Positions 1 to 13,504 are shown, numbered from the stretch's first letter. The stretch is 64,000 bases of DNA from Torpedo marmorata (GCA_977017645.1 OZ360227.1:98394001-98458000), one strand, 5' to 3'. Made by a program: numbers and translations. The notes: generated from the sequence alone by a model not told the origin.

Positions 1-2433
1 AGGCATTTGAACAAGCAACACAGTTTGCAAATGCTCTTGAGTGTGCAGAAATTCCATTGAAGGAAAAAGAGTTTTCAACACCAATAAAACAATTTCAAGT
101 GGACATAAAAGAATCTCAAAATCAATACAAGTTGAAGAAAAATATTGACATACTTTCTGATCAGAAGGCTGAAAGTTTGATAAGTTCATGGAACTCACTT
201 GCAAGGAAAACTGAATGCAGTCATTCAATGACTGACCACTCTAGCACAACAGAGAAATATGTACCTAGTTTTGCTGAAAAAGAAGTAATAACAAGAGAGT
301 ACACACAAAAGGTTATTCCTTCTCCATTACCCAAGAAAAGCATCTCAGTCCCTGTCTGTACACCTTTGAATGCTAATTTGCCTGGAAGCATCTTCATAAA
401 ACAGATGTCTGGATTTGAATATGGAACTGTTGACCACACCAAATCAGAATACAGAGAAAATGAAGCAATAAATGTCATTAAAATAAATGAAAAAGTGGTG
501 CAATATGAAGAGACAATTAAAGATGATACGCAGACACAGTTGCCTTCTACTTTATCAGATAAAAAAGAAACTTCATGTGTTATCAGTTCTTTGATTAAAG
601 ACACACCAGAAGATGTAAAATGCATTCCGTATAAAACTGTGGAGGTAAACTCTGAAACATTTGTGGATGCATCACCTGAAAGATATATTGGAAAACAAAA
701 TGATTTATTAACTCAGAAAGCAGTTGCTCATGAAATATCTGATCAGTCTCCATCAGAGATGATTGAAATGAGCAAAATCAATCAGAAAGAAACCCTGTAT
801 GAAGAAGAGATTACAGATTCTATTCCTGTACTGAGGAATTCTCCTTTGACAGCAAAGAGAAGAAAAGTATCAGCTTTTTTCAGACCAGTGATAAAACAAC
901 TTTCATTGGAAATAAAACAGTCTCCAAAGGAATCTGAAGTTTCTGAAGAAGATAAGCCAGCATCTGAAAGAGGTTATGGAAATTTTATGGAAAAAGACTG
1001 TGCAACAGCAAGATCTGAAGATAACCATGAAATCCAAATGATTGAACAATCCAAGTTAGCAGAAAAACAAATAGATGTTTTCAGTGTGCCTGAAGTCAGT
1101 CAAAATGAACAGTGTAAAGGCACAGTTAAAAATATCACTTTAATTTTGGGACCTTCTGCATCAGAAAACAAAGAAAGCTTCCCAGCTGTCAGTTCACTCC
1201 TGAAAGAAAGAGCAGCTGAAATGAAAGAACCTCCATATAAAGGTGATAAGGTACCACCTGATCAATTTGCTGGTGGGTTTGTTTGTATAATGAGAGAACT
1301 TGCAACAGAAAAATCTGAAGACTTCCTTGAAACAACCAATGTTTGCACACCAGTAGAGGTGATTTCTAATACTTACCAGAAAGAAACACAATATGAAGAC
1401 CAGATTAAAAGCACAATCCAAACAATAAAACAATCTTCACTTGATAGAAAAGATGCACCAACCACTTTAAGTACATCTGGACCTATGGAAGACGATGAGG
1501 CAACCCATGTGCAGCAATGTGGAATTTTGGTTCAAGCACAAAAGAGCTTTTTGCCAGGGAAACTTGATGAAAATCATAAAATGTACTTTCAATCCATTAA
1601 AGCAGGAAAAGAAACTGAGAAGATTTATGAAGATGAAATCAGACAAAAAGAAAGTGAATCTGAAGTAAAAGTTTTGAATTCCACATGGATGGCAAAGATT
1701 TCCCCTTTATCAGATGAAAAAGAAACTTCAATTTACACAAGTTCATTGGAAAAACAATTGTCAGTGGACACAAGTGATACTCTTTGCAACTTTAAATTTA
1801 AGGAAGATCCTTTGAAAGGTTTTGAAAGTTTTACCAGTACTCACAAAGAAGCTCCAACCGAGAACCTGGAGGATGACAAAATAATATCTGTTCATTCAGC
1901 ATTCAGTGAGAGAGCAGTGATTAACATATCTGAAATTGATCAGAAGGAGGGTGAATGGGAAGTTAAATGTCCTTCTCAAACTGTGAGACATATACAAACA
2001 AGGAGGCCTTCTTCCTTGAAAGAAAAAGAACAGGCTTTAGATTTATTCAGTTCATTAATGAAAGAAGCACCAGCAGAAGAGCATCATTATAAATGTAAAA
2101 CTCTGAAAGAATCTTCAAAACCAGAGACTCCTTCCAATAAATTCAACAACCATTGTCCACCAGAATTTCTTCACCACATTTCAAATCCTAAAATTAAGCA
2201 AGGAGCTACCTGTGTGCTTGAATATCAATTTTACGGGTACCCACTGCCCACTGTAACTTGGTACAAGGATGAGCATCCAATTCCACAAAATAGGGGTTAT
2301 GATATTTACTCCACAGAAAGAAAAACCTTATTGAGTATTAGCAACACATGCAAAGAACATGAAGGAGTTTATGCATGTGTAATATTCAACGAATATGGTT
2401 CTGCAAAAACATCTTGCGTCCTTAAAATGCAAG
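1..2433 (+). CDS. ttn: Titin novex-3 upstream exon (5' end outside window): long Glu/Lys/Ser-rich unique region plus one Ig domain
   Basis: Frame of ORF 57..2510 is open from the window start; Ig PPEFLHHIS...VTWYKD...EGVYACVIFNEYG resembles a human novex-3 Ig; donor CAAG|gtaaaa at 2434. Confidence 0.88.
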
Positions 2434-2535
2434 GTAAAATTCAGTATACTTTAGTTTTTAATTATTTTCTTAAATTATATTGCAATAACATAGTTGAAAA
2501 TCATTATTGATTACGTTTTTTTTTTCATTTTCCAG

Positions 2536-5500
2536 ACCCCGAACTGTTTGAAGAATCTTTGAAAACATTTAATATATGTGTGACAGAAACACTCGAGAAC
2601 TATACTGAAAAGGATGATCAGGACTATCAGGTTGAAAAGGAAGTTGAATCTTATTTTTCTCCAGTTCCAGTAATAAAATCCACCCTGCAAATACCAAAAT
2701 TTGCAGTACCCCAACCACATCCAATCAATTTATCTGCTCTTTCATCTCCCGTTGAAATTAAAATAACTGCTCCAACTCCAATACCAATGCAAGATGAAGA
2801 AGGGAGAGAGTTATTTCATACAGATGAGGTTGATTTCACAGATTTATCTCTAGAACCTTCCTCTCAATCTACAAAACATAAATTTAAATTTTCTTTTGAT
2901 GAGATTTGTGAACCTCCACAAGTTTTAAAAGAGTTAGATAAGATTTATTGTACATTAGGAGAAACAGTAATGTTTGAATGTCTAATTTCTGGTGAGCCAA
3001 AACCTGTTGTTACATGGATTCAAAATGACAGAGTTTTAACTTGTGATATGAGCAAGTACCAATTTGAAGAGAGTGGAGGAACGTATCGATTGTATATTAT
3101 TGGGGTTTCAGAATCTGATATAGGAAACTATAAATGCATTGCTAAAAATAAAGATGGGGAAGCACAGAGTATATCTAACCTCATAATAGAACCTGTAGTG
3201 CACAGTTTCATTTACCATTTGAAAGATATTGAGTCATCTGGTGAAGAAACAGAAACATCTATGAGCTCTTTTTTACATAATCTAAATAAAATGGGCCATG
3301 GTGAAAATATTGAGCAGCAATGTCAGAAAGAAAACAGGAATACTTCTCTTTCATTTGGTGTGAAAGAAAATCCAATTCATGTTATTTCTGAGGTTGGTAC
3401 TTTTGTTGCTGCAGATAAATTTTCAAGTGACATTTCATCTTTAAAAGAAGAGAGCAGTGATATTGCATTAGACTCATTGAGTTCTTTTGATAATGAATTT
3501 TTAAGTAACAATTCATTTTTAAAAGAGAAAAATAATAAAATAGTCACAGAATCAGGGACATTTGCTGAATTTCCAAATAAACATCCATCTTTAAAGGTTG
3601 TTAATAATACAATGATCAAAGACACAGATGAGACAGGGCAAAATTTGCCAGAAATAATAGAAGAAACATATTCTATCAGCCGATGTTTACGCTGTCTTGA
3701 GAAAAATCAGAAGTTTCCTGAAGTTCAGAAGATGGATGAAGCAACAGAATTAAAAGATAACAAGTCTGTATTTTCAGGAGAAATATATGAAGATGGTTTG
3801 TTTTCAGAAAGCAGAATTACACAAATTGTTGAAAGTGATAAAGGTGAAACAGAAAAAAATATGTCAGAAGAGGAGTTAAGTAACTCAGTATTTCAAAAAA
3901 ACAATTGTAATATTAGTGTGAATTCAGTGGAAGTAATTTCCAAGGATGAGGCAAGTGGAAATGTTTCTGTTGCACAATATCTCCATACTGCAAGCCAGGA
4001 GGAAGCACGAGTTCAAGTTCAGGAAAATAATGAAGTATTTCAACATGATGAATCTGGAATAACTTCAATGGAAGTTGAAGAAGTAACATTTTCTGCTGTT
4101 TATGACTACTATAATCAGAATGAAGAGTGGACACGGTCCCTTTCCCCTGAATCTGAAATGTCAATTGAAATTAGTAGTACAGTAAGTGATGAAGTAGCAG
4201 AAAATGAAAGATTTTATATACCACCCTTGGCTTCTGAAAATTTTAGATCTGCTGCATCTGCAGAGTCATTTCATACCCCACCTCAATCACCTGGCTATGT
4301 GACTCCTGAAGAAAGATTGCCTTCACTTAATGCTGTAAGTAGATCTCCTCCTGGTACTTTACTAGAGAGATTTTACACACCACTTGAGTATTTTAGATCA
4401 CCAGTAGATGAGGGAATTGAAACAACATCTATTGAATGCTCAAGTCTAACTACTGAAGAGCCAAGATCAGAGGTATTTTCTACTCCTCCACAGGAAGCTG
4501 AAGCAAAAGGAAATGAAATGCCTCCTGCATTTATTAGATCCCTTGCTAGAAAAACGATTCTTGAGGGAGGCTCACTAACGTTTTTTGCAGAAGTAATTGG
4601 TTATCCAATTCCAGATGTTAAGTGGTATAGAAGAAAATCATTATTAGAGCCAAATCACAAAATTAGACTCGAAAGGGAAGGAAATTTGTGTATGTTAGTA
4701 GTTCATAACTTGCAAAAAGAAGATGCAGGAGAGTATATTTGCAATGCTGTCAACATTTTTGGAGAAGCTAAGAGTATTGCTCAGGTGAATGTTTTGGCAC
4801 AAGACACTAGGTTAGTTGCATTGCCACCACCTGTGACTCATCAGCATGTAATAGAGTTTGATGTGCAGCAAGAACAAACATCAAGATCTCCTTCACCTCA
4901 AGAAATTATTTTGGAAGTTGAACTTGATGAACATGAAGTGAAGGAATTTGAAAAACAGATAAAAATTATTACAATTCCTGAATTCACTCCTGACAATAAA
5001 AATATGATCATCTCACTAGATGTTCTTCCTATGATAATTGCTGATGAACAGAATATGGACTTAACAGCAAGAGAAAATGAAGATGTTAAAATTGAGTTAA
5101 AAGTCACTGAAATGCCCCCACGGTTTATTAGCCACATTTTCAATCTTGAGATTCCAGAAAACAAGGATGCAGTGTTTGAATGCTCTGTGACAGGAATTCC
5201 TACTCCAGAAATAATGTGGTTCAAAGATGATTTATGTATAACAGTGGATGGCAGGAAATATATTAGAAAAGATGATTGTAATCATAGTCTTAAAATAACC
5301 AATGTCTGTCCTTCTGACAATGGCATATATAGTTGCAAAATAGTAAATAGTGTTGGAGAAACAACTTGTAAGGCTTATCTTGCAGTAACAAACTCAAACA
5401 TGGCACTAACAAAAGCAAGTGGAGGAGCTGAAGCTACTTTATCACTAGGTGGTGCTCAAGAATGTTCCCAGGAATTAGATGTTGTTGGTGATTCTTTGCT

Positions 5501-6020
5501 AGGTGATAATCAGTGTTTAGAATTTGAGGTTGAGCTTGAATTTGAGCAAGGTAGAGATGATTCTCAGAAATCAGTGAAACTTGTTGCTGTAACAGAGAAA
5601 GGAAATAAGGAAAAAGATGAGAAATGTGTGAATATCAATTTTGATGTATTTGCTGAATCTGCCAAAGATGAGACTATTCAGTTTAGAGCAGAGGCTTCTG
5701 AAACATGTTCATTTGACTTTCAAGTGACAGAAATTTCACCCAGGTTTGTAATTTATCTTCTTGACTGCAATGCAATCATAGGGAATACAGCATCTTTTCA
5801 ATGTGTTGTCACTGGTACTCCAAAACCTGGTGTAATTTGGTATTGGAATGATAGAATACTTGAAGGTGCCAACTATATCACTGGGGAAAAAGAATCTGGG
5901 GAACATTATTTAAACATTGTAAATGTTACGGAAAGTGATGCTGGAGTCTACAAGTGCAAAGCTTTCAATAAAGCTGGGAATGCTGTCACAGCTGCTGTTT
6001 TGAAAGTATTTTGTGCATAA
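2536..6020 (+). CDS. ttn: Titin novex-3 terminal exon (4 Ig domains plus unique sequence, ends in stop)
   Basis: Acceptor ttttccag|AC in frame with the upstream exon; novex-3 motifs PVEIKITAPTP, RSPSPQEIILEVELDE..VKEFEKQIKI, PEFTPD; TAA at 6018-6020 with no donor after the last Ig. Confidence 0.92.
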
Positions 6021-6129
6021 AAAAGCCTTTGAATGGCCTTTACATACTTGGAATAATGGAGAATTTTGAAGCTTAGATATGTTTTCGATATATGGCATGT
6101 TTAGGGATGTGCTAATTTCAAACATGAAA

Positions 6130-6135
6130 ATTAAA
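6130..6135 (+). terminator. Candidate novex-3 poly(A) signal (ATTAAA; alternatives ATTAAA at 6290 and AATAAA at 6633)
   Basis: Hexamer about 110 nt after the stop; AT-rich context makes this weak. Confidence 0.3.
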
Positions 6136-7496
6136 TTGATCTTTATGATAAGAATTATACTTGATGTGACTGAGAAAATGTTGAAAAATGTATTGGTTTT
6201 ACTCTGGAATTATATAATCAGTAGCAAAGCTTATATTTAAATATTTGAAGTATTAGCTGAAAAATACCTGGTGTAAAAATAGTGAATATATTAAATTAAG
6301 AACATGAAAAGACCGGATATGATTAAGGCTGGTTTGTTGAAAACTATTGCTAACTCAATGTATTTTACATTAGGCAGCTAAAGCATTAATAATTTATCTC
6401 TTTCTTTTTAAAATATTTTATTGAGTTTAACATATATCACATATACATGATCCGTAATAGACAGATAGTACTTCTTTTCGTATGCATATAGTATAACTTA
6501 TTCGTACTACATGGAACCATTTTCATATAGATCACAGATAAATTCTATTTGATTTTTAAAAAAAACAGTAATAGACATAGCTAAACCCCTTTCCCAATTA
6601 CTCAAAATAAGAAAGGAAACAAACAAAAAAAGAATAAAAAGAGAAAAAAAAAAGGGAAATAATTTATCTCTAAACAGTGATAATTTTACATCTGGTCACA
6701 CCGAAGATCAGTTCTGTTGAATTACAGAATATTTTTTACATAAATTTTAACACAATTTTCATCTTGTATGTACTTAATATTTTTTGCAATGTATATTGTA
6801 TATTCTTCATTAGATTTAACTTTATCCTGTTTGATAGTGTGATTTCCCTTCAAAAACCCTTTGAAAAATTTAACATTTCCGTCAATCCAAATTCCTTTTC
6901 CTTTGGGCCAGACATTGCTTCTGCATGAATCTGTGTTTATTAGGCAGTTCTCGGCTTCAAAACGTGCAGATATTAATTTCAGCAGATGTTTGCATTCAAA
7001 GGAACATTCTATAGTATCAGGTATGGCCTTTCTAAAAAATAATTTAATTCATGTACTTTTTCCCTGGAAAGGTTAGTTACAATATTGACATCTTATAAAT
7101 GGTTCATACTGCAAGTGATTCATTTTGTCAGTATAACTGAAAGTGTGTGTTAACGCAAAAAAGTTTATTTTTAACTACTTAAGGACAATTATTTTTGGTG
7201 GCAAAACGTTACATAGCAGAGATTTAACATTGTGCAGAAAAATTTTCCTTTTCATTTGACAGAAAAATAAATTTCATAGTCCTACTTGATAACATAGTTA
7301 TAGAATCATTTATTAAATAATATTATTACTTTAATGCTGTAGGTAAATTATGAAGTCAAGCACCCAAATTGCTGAAACTCGCCTCCACCTGGTTCTCGCT
7401 CTTCTACTTCTTATTTAATACCATGGTCTATTTCAAAATAGCAAAGCAAACTGATAAGGTTGATGGATATTATGCCTAAACTTGGATAGTCTAGGT

Positions 7497-8340
7497 CAGG
7501 GATGGGCAACCTGTGGGCAAAATCTGGCCCGGTGCTCGGCTGCCCCCATCGGTGTGAGGCTCCCCACTCTGTGCGCGGCTTCCCCCGCTCTCTGTGCATT
7601 GAAGATCCCCTGCCCTTTGTGCGATACTCCTCCTCCCCGCCCTCTGCACTGGAGACTCCCCCCCCCGCCCTCTGCACTGGAGACTCTCCCCCGCCCTCTG
7701 CGCGAGACTCTCCCCCGCCCTCTGCGCAAGCCCCCCCCCGTGTTGTTCTCCCCCTCTCACGATATTATCCCGCTGTCTGTGAGAGCCTTCTCCTCTGCGT
7801 GAGACCCATCTCTACTGTGAGAGACCCATGTCTGTGAGAATCCACCTCTCTCTCTGCAACACCACCTCTTTCTCTAACGCTCTTTCAACTTANNNNNNNN
7901 NNNNNNNNNNNNNNNNNNNNNNNNNNNNNNNNNNNNNNNNNNNNNNNNNNNNNNNNNNNNNNNNNNNNNNNNNNNNNNNNNNNNNNNNNNNNNNNNNNNN
8001 NNNNNNNNNNNNNNNNNNNNNNNNNTTTTCTCTGTGTGTATATGACACCATCTCTCTGTGTGACTCCTCATCTCTTTGCAATCATCTGCCTCTCTGTGTT
8101 GGACTCCCTCTCAGAGTGTTGCACTTCCTCTCCCTGGGTTGGACTCCCTCTCTCTGTGTGTGGCTCCCCCTATCTGTGCGTAAATCCTTCTCTCTCTGTG
8201 TCACTTCCTCTCTCTGTGTGTGACTCATCCTCTCTCTGTGACACGCCCCTCTCTCTGCGTGAGAGCCCCCTCTCTTTGTGTGAGGCTCCCCCTCTCCACT
8301 GTGACATCTCCCCCTCTCACTGCTGTCTGTTTTGGGGTTA
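7497..8340. repeat. GC/CT-rich degenerate tandem repeat around an assembly gap (N at 7893-8025); begins with a hAT-like end CAGGGATGGGCAAC
   Basis: Units such as gagactctcccccgccctctgc and (ct)n-gtgtg; 133 N. Confidence 0.7.
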
Positions 8341-9355
8341 GTTAAAACAAATAACGGAAACTCACTCTCTACCGGAAACATTTTCGAATGCAATAATAAC
8401 AGTTATATCAAAAAAAGACAGAGACTTGTTGAAAACAGAATCATATAGACCAATTTCATTGTTAAATGTGGATTATAAGATAATGGCGAAAATATTGGCA
8501 AATAGACTTGCTAAATATTTACCAGATTTAATTCATGAGGATCAAGCAGGTTTTATTAAGAATAGATATTCAAAAGATAATATAGCTAGGTTAATTAGTT
8601 TAATTAATGTGGCTCAAAAGAAAGAGGAATTGGCATTAGTATTAGCATTAGATGCTGAAAAGGCTTTTGACAGATTAGAGTGGAATTATTTATTTAAAGT
8701 ATTGGAAAAATTTGGTTTTGGCACTATATTTATTAATTGGATTAAAACTATATACGAAGAGCCTTCTGCCAGAGTGGTTACAAATGGACAAATTTCTTCA
8801 AAATTTTTGTTGACTTTGGTCGACACGACAAGGATGTCCTTTGTCACCTGCATTATTTATTTTAGCAATTGAACCTTTGGCAGAATTAATTAGACAAGAT
8901 ATCAAGATTACGGGTATTAAAGTTGGAAGGAAAGAGCATAAAATTAGTTTATTTGCAGATGATGTACTGATATATATGACAAAACCTACTACTTCTTTAA
9001 TACAATTGGATGTTTTATTGAAAGAATATGGGGAGATATCTGGTTATAAAATTAATTCTGATAAAAGTGAAATTATGGCATTAACACAAGGGGATTATAG
9101 TAAATGTAAAGAAATTACACAATTTAAATGGTCAAACGAAGGAATTAAATATTTAGGTATAAAGATAGACACTAAATTAGTTAACTTATATAAATTAAAT
9201 TATTTACCATTATTTGTGAAAATTAAAAAAGATTTAGAAAGTTGGAAAGATTTACCTATAACTTTAATAGGAAGGGTAAATTGTATTAAAATGAATGTCT
9301 TTCCAAGAATTCAATATCTTTTTCAATCAATTCCTTTTGAAATTCCTCAGAAATA
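8340..9355 (+). mobile_element. L1/Tx1-clade LINE ORF2 reverse transcriptase fragment, frameshifted
   Basis: SYRPISLLNVDYKI, LDAEKAFDRLEW, SLFADD, IKYLGI; frameshift near 8815. Confidence 0.93.
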
Positions 9356-9607
9356 TGACATTCTTCTGATGCTATTTTAATTAGTTTTATTTTTATTTTA
9401 TTAGTGCTATTTATTTGAACTGGTCTAATACATAAAATATTTTACAGAGGAATACCTTAAAACATGTTAAATGCTCATCTCCAATACCATTAACAGCTAC
9501 AAAATAATTTAATCTTAGAAATTTGTCATCTGATAACTTTGAGCAATGTGAAAGCATCCTCTCCAAATACTATACTGTGTGATGCAGTAAATTTTAAAAA
9601 ATTAAAA

Positions 9608-9858
9608 AATTTAGACATACAGCACGGTAACAGGACATTTCGGCCCACGAGTCCGTGCCACCCAATTTACACCCAATTATCCTACACCCCTGGTATGTTT
9701 CGAACGGTGGGAGGAAACCGGAACCCCCGGGGAAAAACCCACGCAGACACGGGGAGACCGTACAAACTCGTTACAGACAATGCGGGATTCGAACCCCGGT
9801 CCCGATCGCTGGTTCTGTAAAGGCGTTGCAATAACCGCTACGCCAACCGTGCCGCCCC
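9608..9858 (-). mobile_element. tRNA-derived V-SINE (HE1-like), full length
   Basis: Minus strand GGGGCGGCACGGTTGGCGTAGCGG...GGTTCGAATCCC (A/B boxes) and V-domain TCTCCCCGTGTCTGCGTGGGTTT; several copies in the window. Confidence 0.88.
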
Positions 9859-10299
9859 TGTAAAGAAAAGGATAAACCAAAGGATTGGGTTAGAGAGGTC
9901 CAACAAAGGATACTAACTATCAAATGAAGTCTGAGATGGTCACAGTTCTTGCAGGGAATCCATGAATTAAAACAGAATAATGTATGTGCCTAAACAAGCT
10001 TTTAAATGACATCTCTGGACGTTTGATTTTGCTTAATTATCATCCCACTGTTATCTATTCTTTTCTTGTCTCCTCTTGTCTTCCCTCCTATTTCTGAGCA
10101 AACGACTTCAAAATAATCTATGCCCAGATCTCTGCAGTTTGAAAATGCAGAGTCCATTTGACTCTACTTCACTTTCCTATCCTACCATTGAGGAAGTGCA
10201 TGCATTTTCTCATTTGTCTTTCTGTTATCTTTCTGAATGAAACGTGACATTTGTAATGGAAACCTAAGTTTTAAAAAAAGCATGTTCATTTGAACAAAA

Positions 10300-10444
10300 G
10301 TAAAACATGAAAATCTGTAGACACCGTGATTGAAGTAAAAAACACAACTGCTGGAGAAACTCAGCAGGTCAAACGTCGGTTATGTATTTCTACCTTTGCT
10401 ACATAAAAGACACTGTTTGACCTGCTGAGTTTCTCCAGCATTTG
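10300..10444. mobile_element. Short inverted-repeat element (Penelope-end/MITE-like) between 17-bp direct repeats
   Basis: tgctggagaaactcagcaggtcaaac ... gtttgacctgctgagtttctccagca; flanks tgttcatttgaacaaaa at 10283-10299 and 10445-10461. Confidence 0.75.
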
Positions 10445-10824
10445 TGTTCATTTGAACAAAATTGTGCCATAGGCTACATGTTTAAATTTTGTTCATTAAA
10501 TAGATTTCTTGTTACTTTAATATATTTGTTAACTTTAGGTCTAGATTTTAGAGATTGTTCAGGGTCAAAAATGCTTTTGGAAGAAGTCTATTATATGACA
10601 TGATAGAGTTTAGGAGGCTCTGAGAATTATTAGTCTGGCAGTCAGGCAGTAAGAGTTTATATTTTGTGGGACAATAACATAATATACTGTAGATGATTTC
10701 AGAGTAATTTAAGAGTAATAATGGAAATCCACTCTTCAATACGTTTGCAAATAATCAAATTGCGTCTGCATATTTGTGAGTCAGATTTTTGGTTATCATT
10801 TTAATATTTACTTTCTAATCTGTT

Positions 10825-12530
10825 AAATTGAATTATTTTCACGTGCACCGAAATACAGTGAAAACTTTGTTATATGTGCTATCTGGATAATCCAACTCGT
10901 ACAGCATGTAGTACAATTATAACGTATAAACAAATAAATAAGGCAACTGTGTAGGGAGTAGTGTTACTGTGGTCAAATAGTGCAGGATATAGAGAAAGGT
11001 ACAAAAATAGAGTGCATGGAATAGTACATTTATAAAAGACAGTGCAATTACATTATCTTTAGTCAGTGTGAGATCCATTCAAGATTCTGTTAACAGTAGG
11101 AAAGAAACTGTCCTTGAATCTGGGGGTTGAGTTCTCAAGCACATGTATCTTTTGCCTGCTTGAAGGGGGAGGGAGGGATAGGATGAATTGTTTAATGTTT
11201 TAGCAGCTCTTCTAAGACAGCAGGCGGTGTAGACAGAGTCAATGGAGGAGAGATGGTTATTGTGATGGCCTGAGCTGTTTTACCACTCTCTGCAGTTTCC
11301 TGCCATCTTGGGCAGAGCAATTCCGATACCAAGTTGTCATAAGTCCGGACAGGATACTTTCCATGGAGCACCTATCAAAGTTGATAAAAACACTTTGGAA
11401 ACATGCCAAATTTTCTCAGGCTTCTGTAAAAGTACAGCCTTTGGTCTGCTTTCTTGGTTGTAACATCTAGAAGACATTGTTAATGCTATATACTCTCCAC
11501 CTCAGAATTGTTGAGATATATTCGTGGACAGGTGTCCCTCTCCATTTCCTAAAATCAATGATCAGCTTCTTTGTTTTGCTGACATTGAGGGAGAGGTTGT
11601 TATCCTGACACCATGCCACCATATTCTCTATTTTTATTCCTGTATTCTATCTCATTGTGTTTGAGACCTGATCTATGACGTTGTTGTCATCTGAAAACTT
11701 GTAGACTGAATTAAAGCAGTGTTTGGTCACACAATCATGAGTGCAGAGGCATTATAGTAAGGGGCTGAGTTCAGAGACTTGCATCAGAGCATTAGTGTTC
11801 AGGATTATCGTGGAGTGGGTGTTGTCACCAACCTTCGCTGTTTGCGGTCTACAGGTCAGGAATTCAAGGGAGCAAAGGGAGTTGCAAAGGGAGTGTTAAT
11901 ACCTGTCTTTTAGGACGTCTTAGGAAGAGTAGTTTGTTGTTGAAGGCAAAGATGTTGTTAACAAATAGGAGTCAAACATAGGTGTCTATGTTGTCCAGAT
12001 GTTCCATGATAGAGGGCAGGGCCAAGGAGATGGACCTATTGTGATGGTAGGCAAATTGAGGTGAATCAACGCTGGCTGAGAGGCTGGAGTTAATGTGACC
12101 CTTGACTGTCCTTTTGAAGTACTTCATAATGATGTGTGTCAGTTTCACCAGGCAATAATTGAGGCACATTGTCTTGCTTTTCTTTGGTACTGATATAATA
12201 GTAGACTTCTTAAAGCAGGTGAGAACATGAGCTTGTAGCAGAGAGAGGTTAAAGATGTCAGTGAATAACACCACTAGCTGTTTGTACAGGTTCTAAGGAC
12301 ACTGCCATGGACTCTGTCTGGATCTGGCACTTTCCGTGGTTCACTCTCAGGAAGGCTGTGGTATTGACCTTGAGTGCAGGTACAGATGCTCCTGATTTAG
12401 TTTTGTAGCCCAAGATAGCTTGCATACCTTGCTACAATTAGCAAATGTCTGTAAGGTTTGTCCAGGAATCTAATTTGGTCTGGTATTGCCTCTTGTCATC
12501 CCTGATGGCCTTTTGGAGGCAACACATGAT
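10825..12530 (-). mobile_element. Degraded Rex1/Babar-clade LINE (RT and 3' end)
   Basis: Minus ORF FTDIFNLSLLQA..CFKKSTII.VPKK..QFAY..NRS; homologous to the element at 21970-23355. Confidence 0.85.
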
Positions 12531-13239
12531 TATGACCTCCAATATTTTAATTTACAAATAATTTTACATTTAAAGTGAAGTTATTTTATTGCAATAAGTC
12601 CACTTTGTCTAAACTGTGTAAATTATTTGAAATTTTATAAAGAATGTTTTAATAGTTTGAATTCTGCACTGGCTAGTTTATTGAAATGACAAAATAAGAA
12701 AAATGTTATTTTCATGATATAAACATGAATATTTTAATATTCAATAGTCAATATGTTTCTGCTGAGAATCTCGGTATAACAATCTAGTTTGCGTGAAAGC
12801 ATGTATTGTTTCCTTGTTTTCTCTGCGATATTTGACATGATATGAAACATGATGAGTATAAAGATGAGTACAAAGATTTCAATTTGTACCACTGAGAAGA
12901 AATGTTTAATACGGCAATTGTACAAGTTCCTGTTGCTAAAAAATATGTATTTTTTTGGTGTGTACACGAATGTATACACAAACCTTTGGTTCTGCTCCCA
13001 TATAAATATACAGTTGGTATGCAAGATATATTTTCTTTTGATATTCCACCTCTCCTTAAGACAACAACTTATACTAGGTTGTGTTTCCACGGGTGGTCAC
13101 AGCTCCCTCTACTATTACAAGTGTTCCAATGCTTTGAGTGTTTGTAAATATATTGATTGCAGGCCAGCACAGTTGATATAATCCTGCACTTAACTAATGC
13201 CTACACAATCCTGTGGGGAGAACAACCTGGAACTAAATT

Positions 13240-13504
13240 AAATTTAAACATACAGCAGAGTAACAGGCCATTTTGGTCCACGAGCCGTCCAATTACACCC
13301 AATTAACCTACAACCCCTGGTACATTTAGAACGGTGGGAGGAAACCGGAGCCCCCGGGGAAAGTCCACGTAGACACGGAGAGAACATACCAACTCCTTAC
13401 AGAAAGCACGGGATTCAAACCCCGGTCCCGATCGCTGGAGCTGTAACAGCGTTGTGCTAACCCCTACGCTAACTGTGCCGCCCCAACGCTAACCCTGCTG
13501 CCCC
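13240..13504 (-). mobile_element. V-SINE copy with a short duplicated 5' end
   Basis: Aligns by eye to 9608-9858; acgctaac..tgc.gcccc occurs twice. Confidence 0.85.

Noticed and set aside
6405-7080. Possible antisense retroposed fragment after novex-3 (T-rich start resembling an L1 tail)
   Set aside because: No recognisable protein or repeat motif; cannot be supported without a search
7411-8393. Multiple overlapping Pro/Arg-rich ORFs
   Set aside because: Products of GC-rich simple repeats and an N gap
9780-9858. tRNA gene (GGTTCGAATCCC on the minus strand)
   Set aside because: It is the tRNA-derived head of a multicopy SINE
12734-13181. Four overlapping ORFs on both strands
   Set aside because: No Ig or transposon motifs and no convincing splice sites; likely chance
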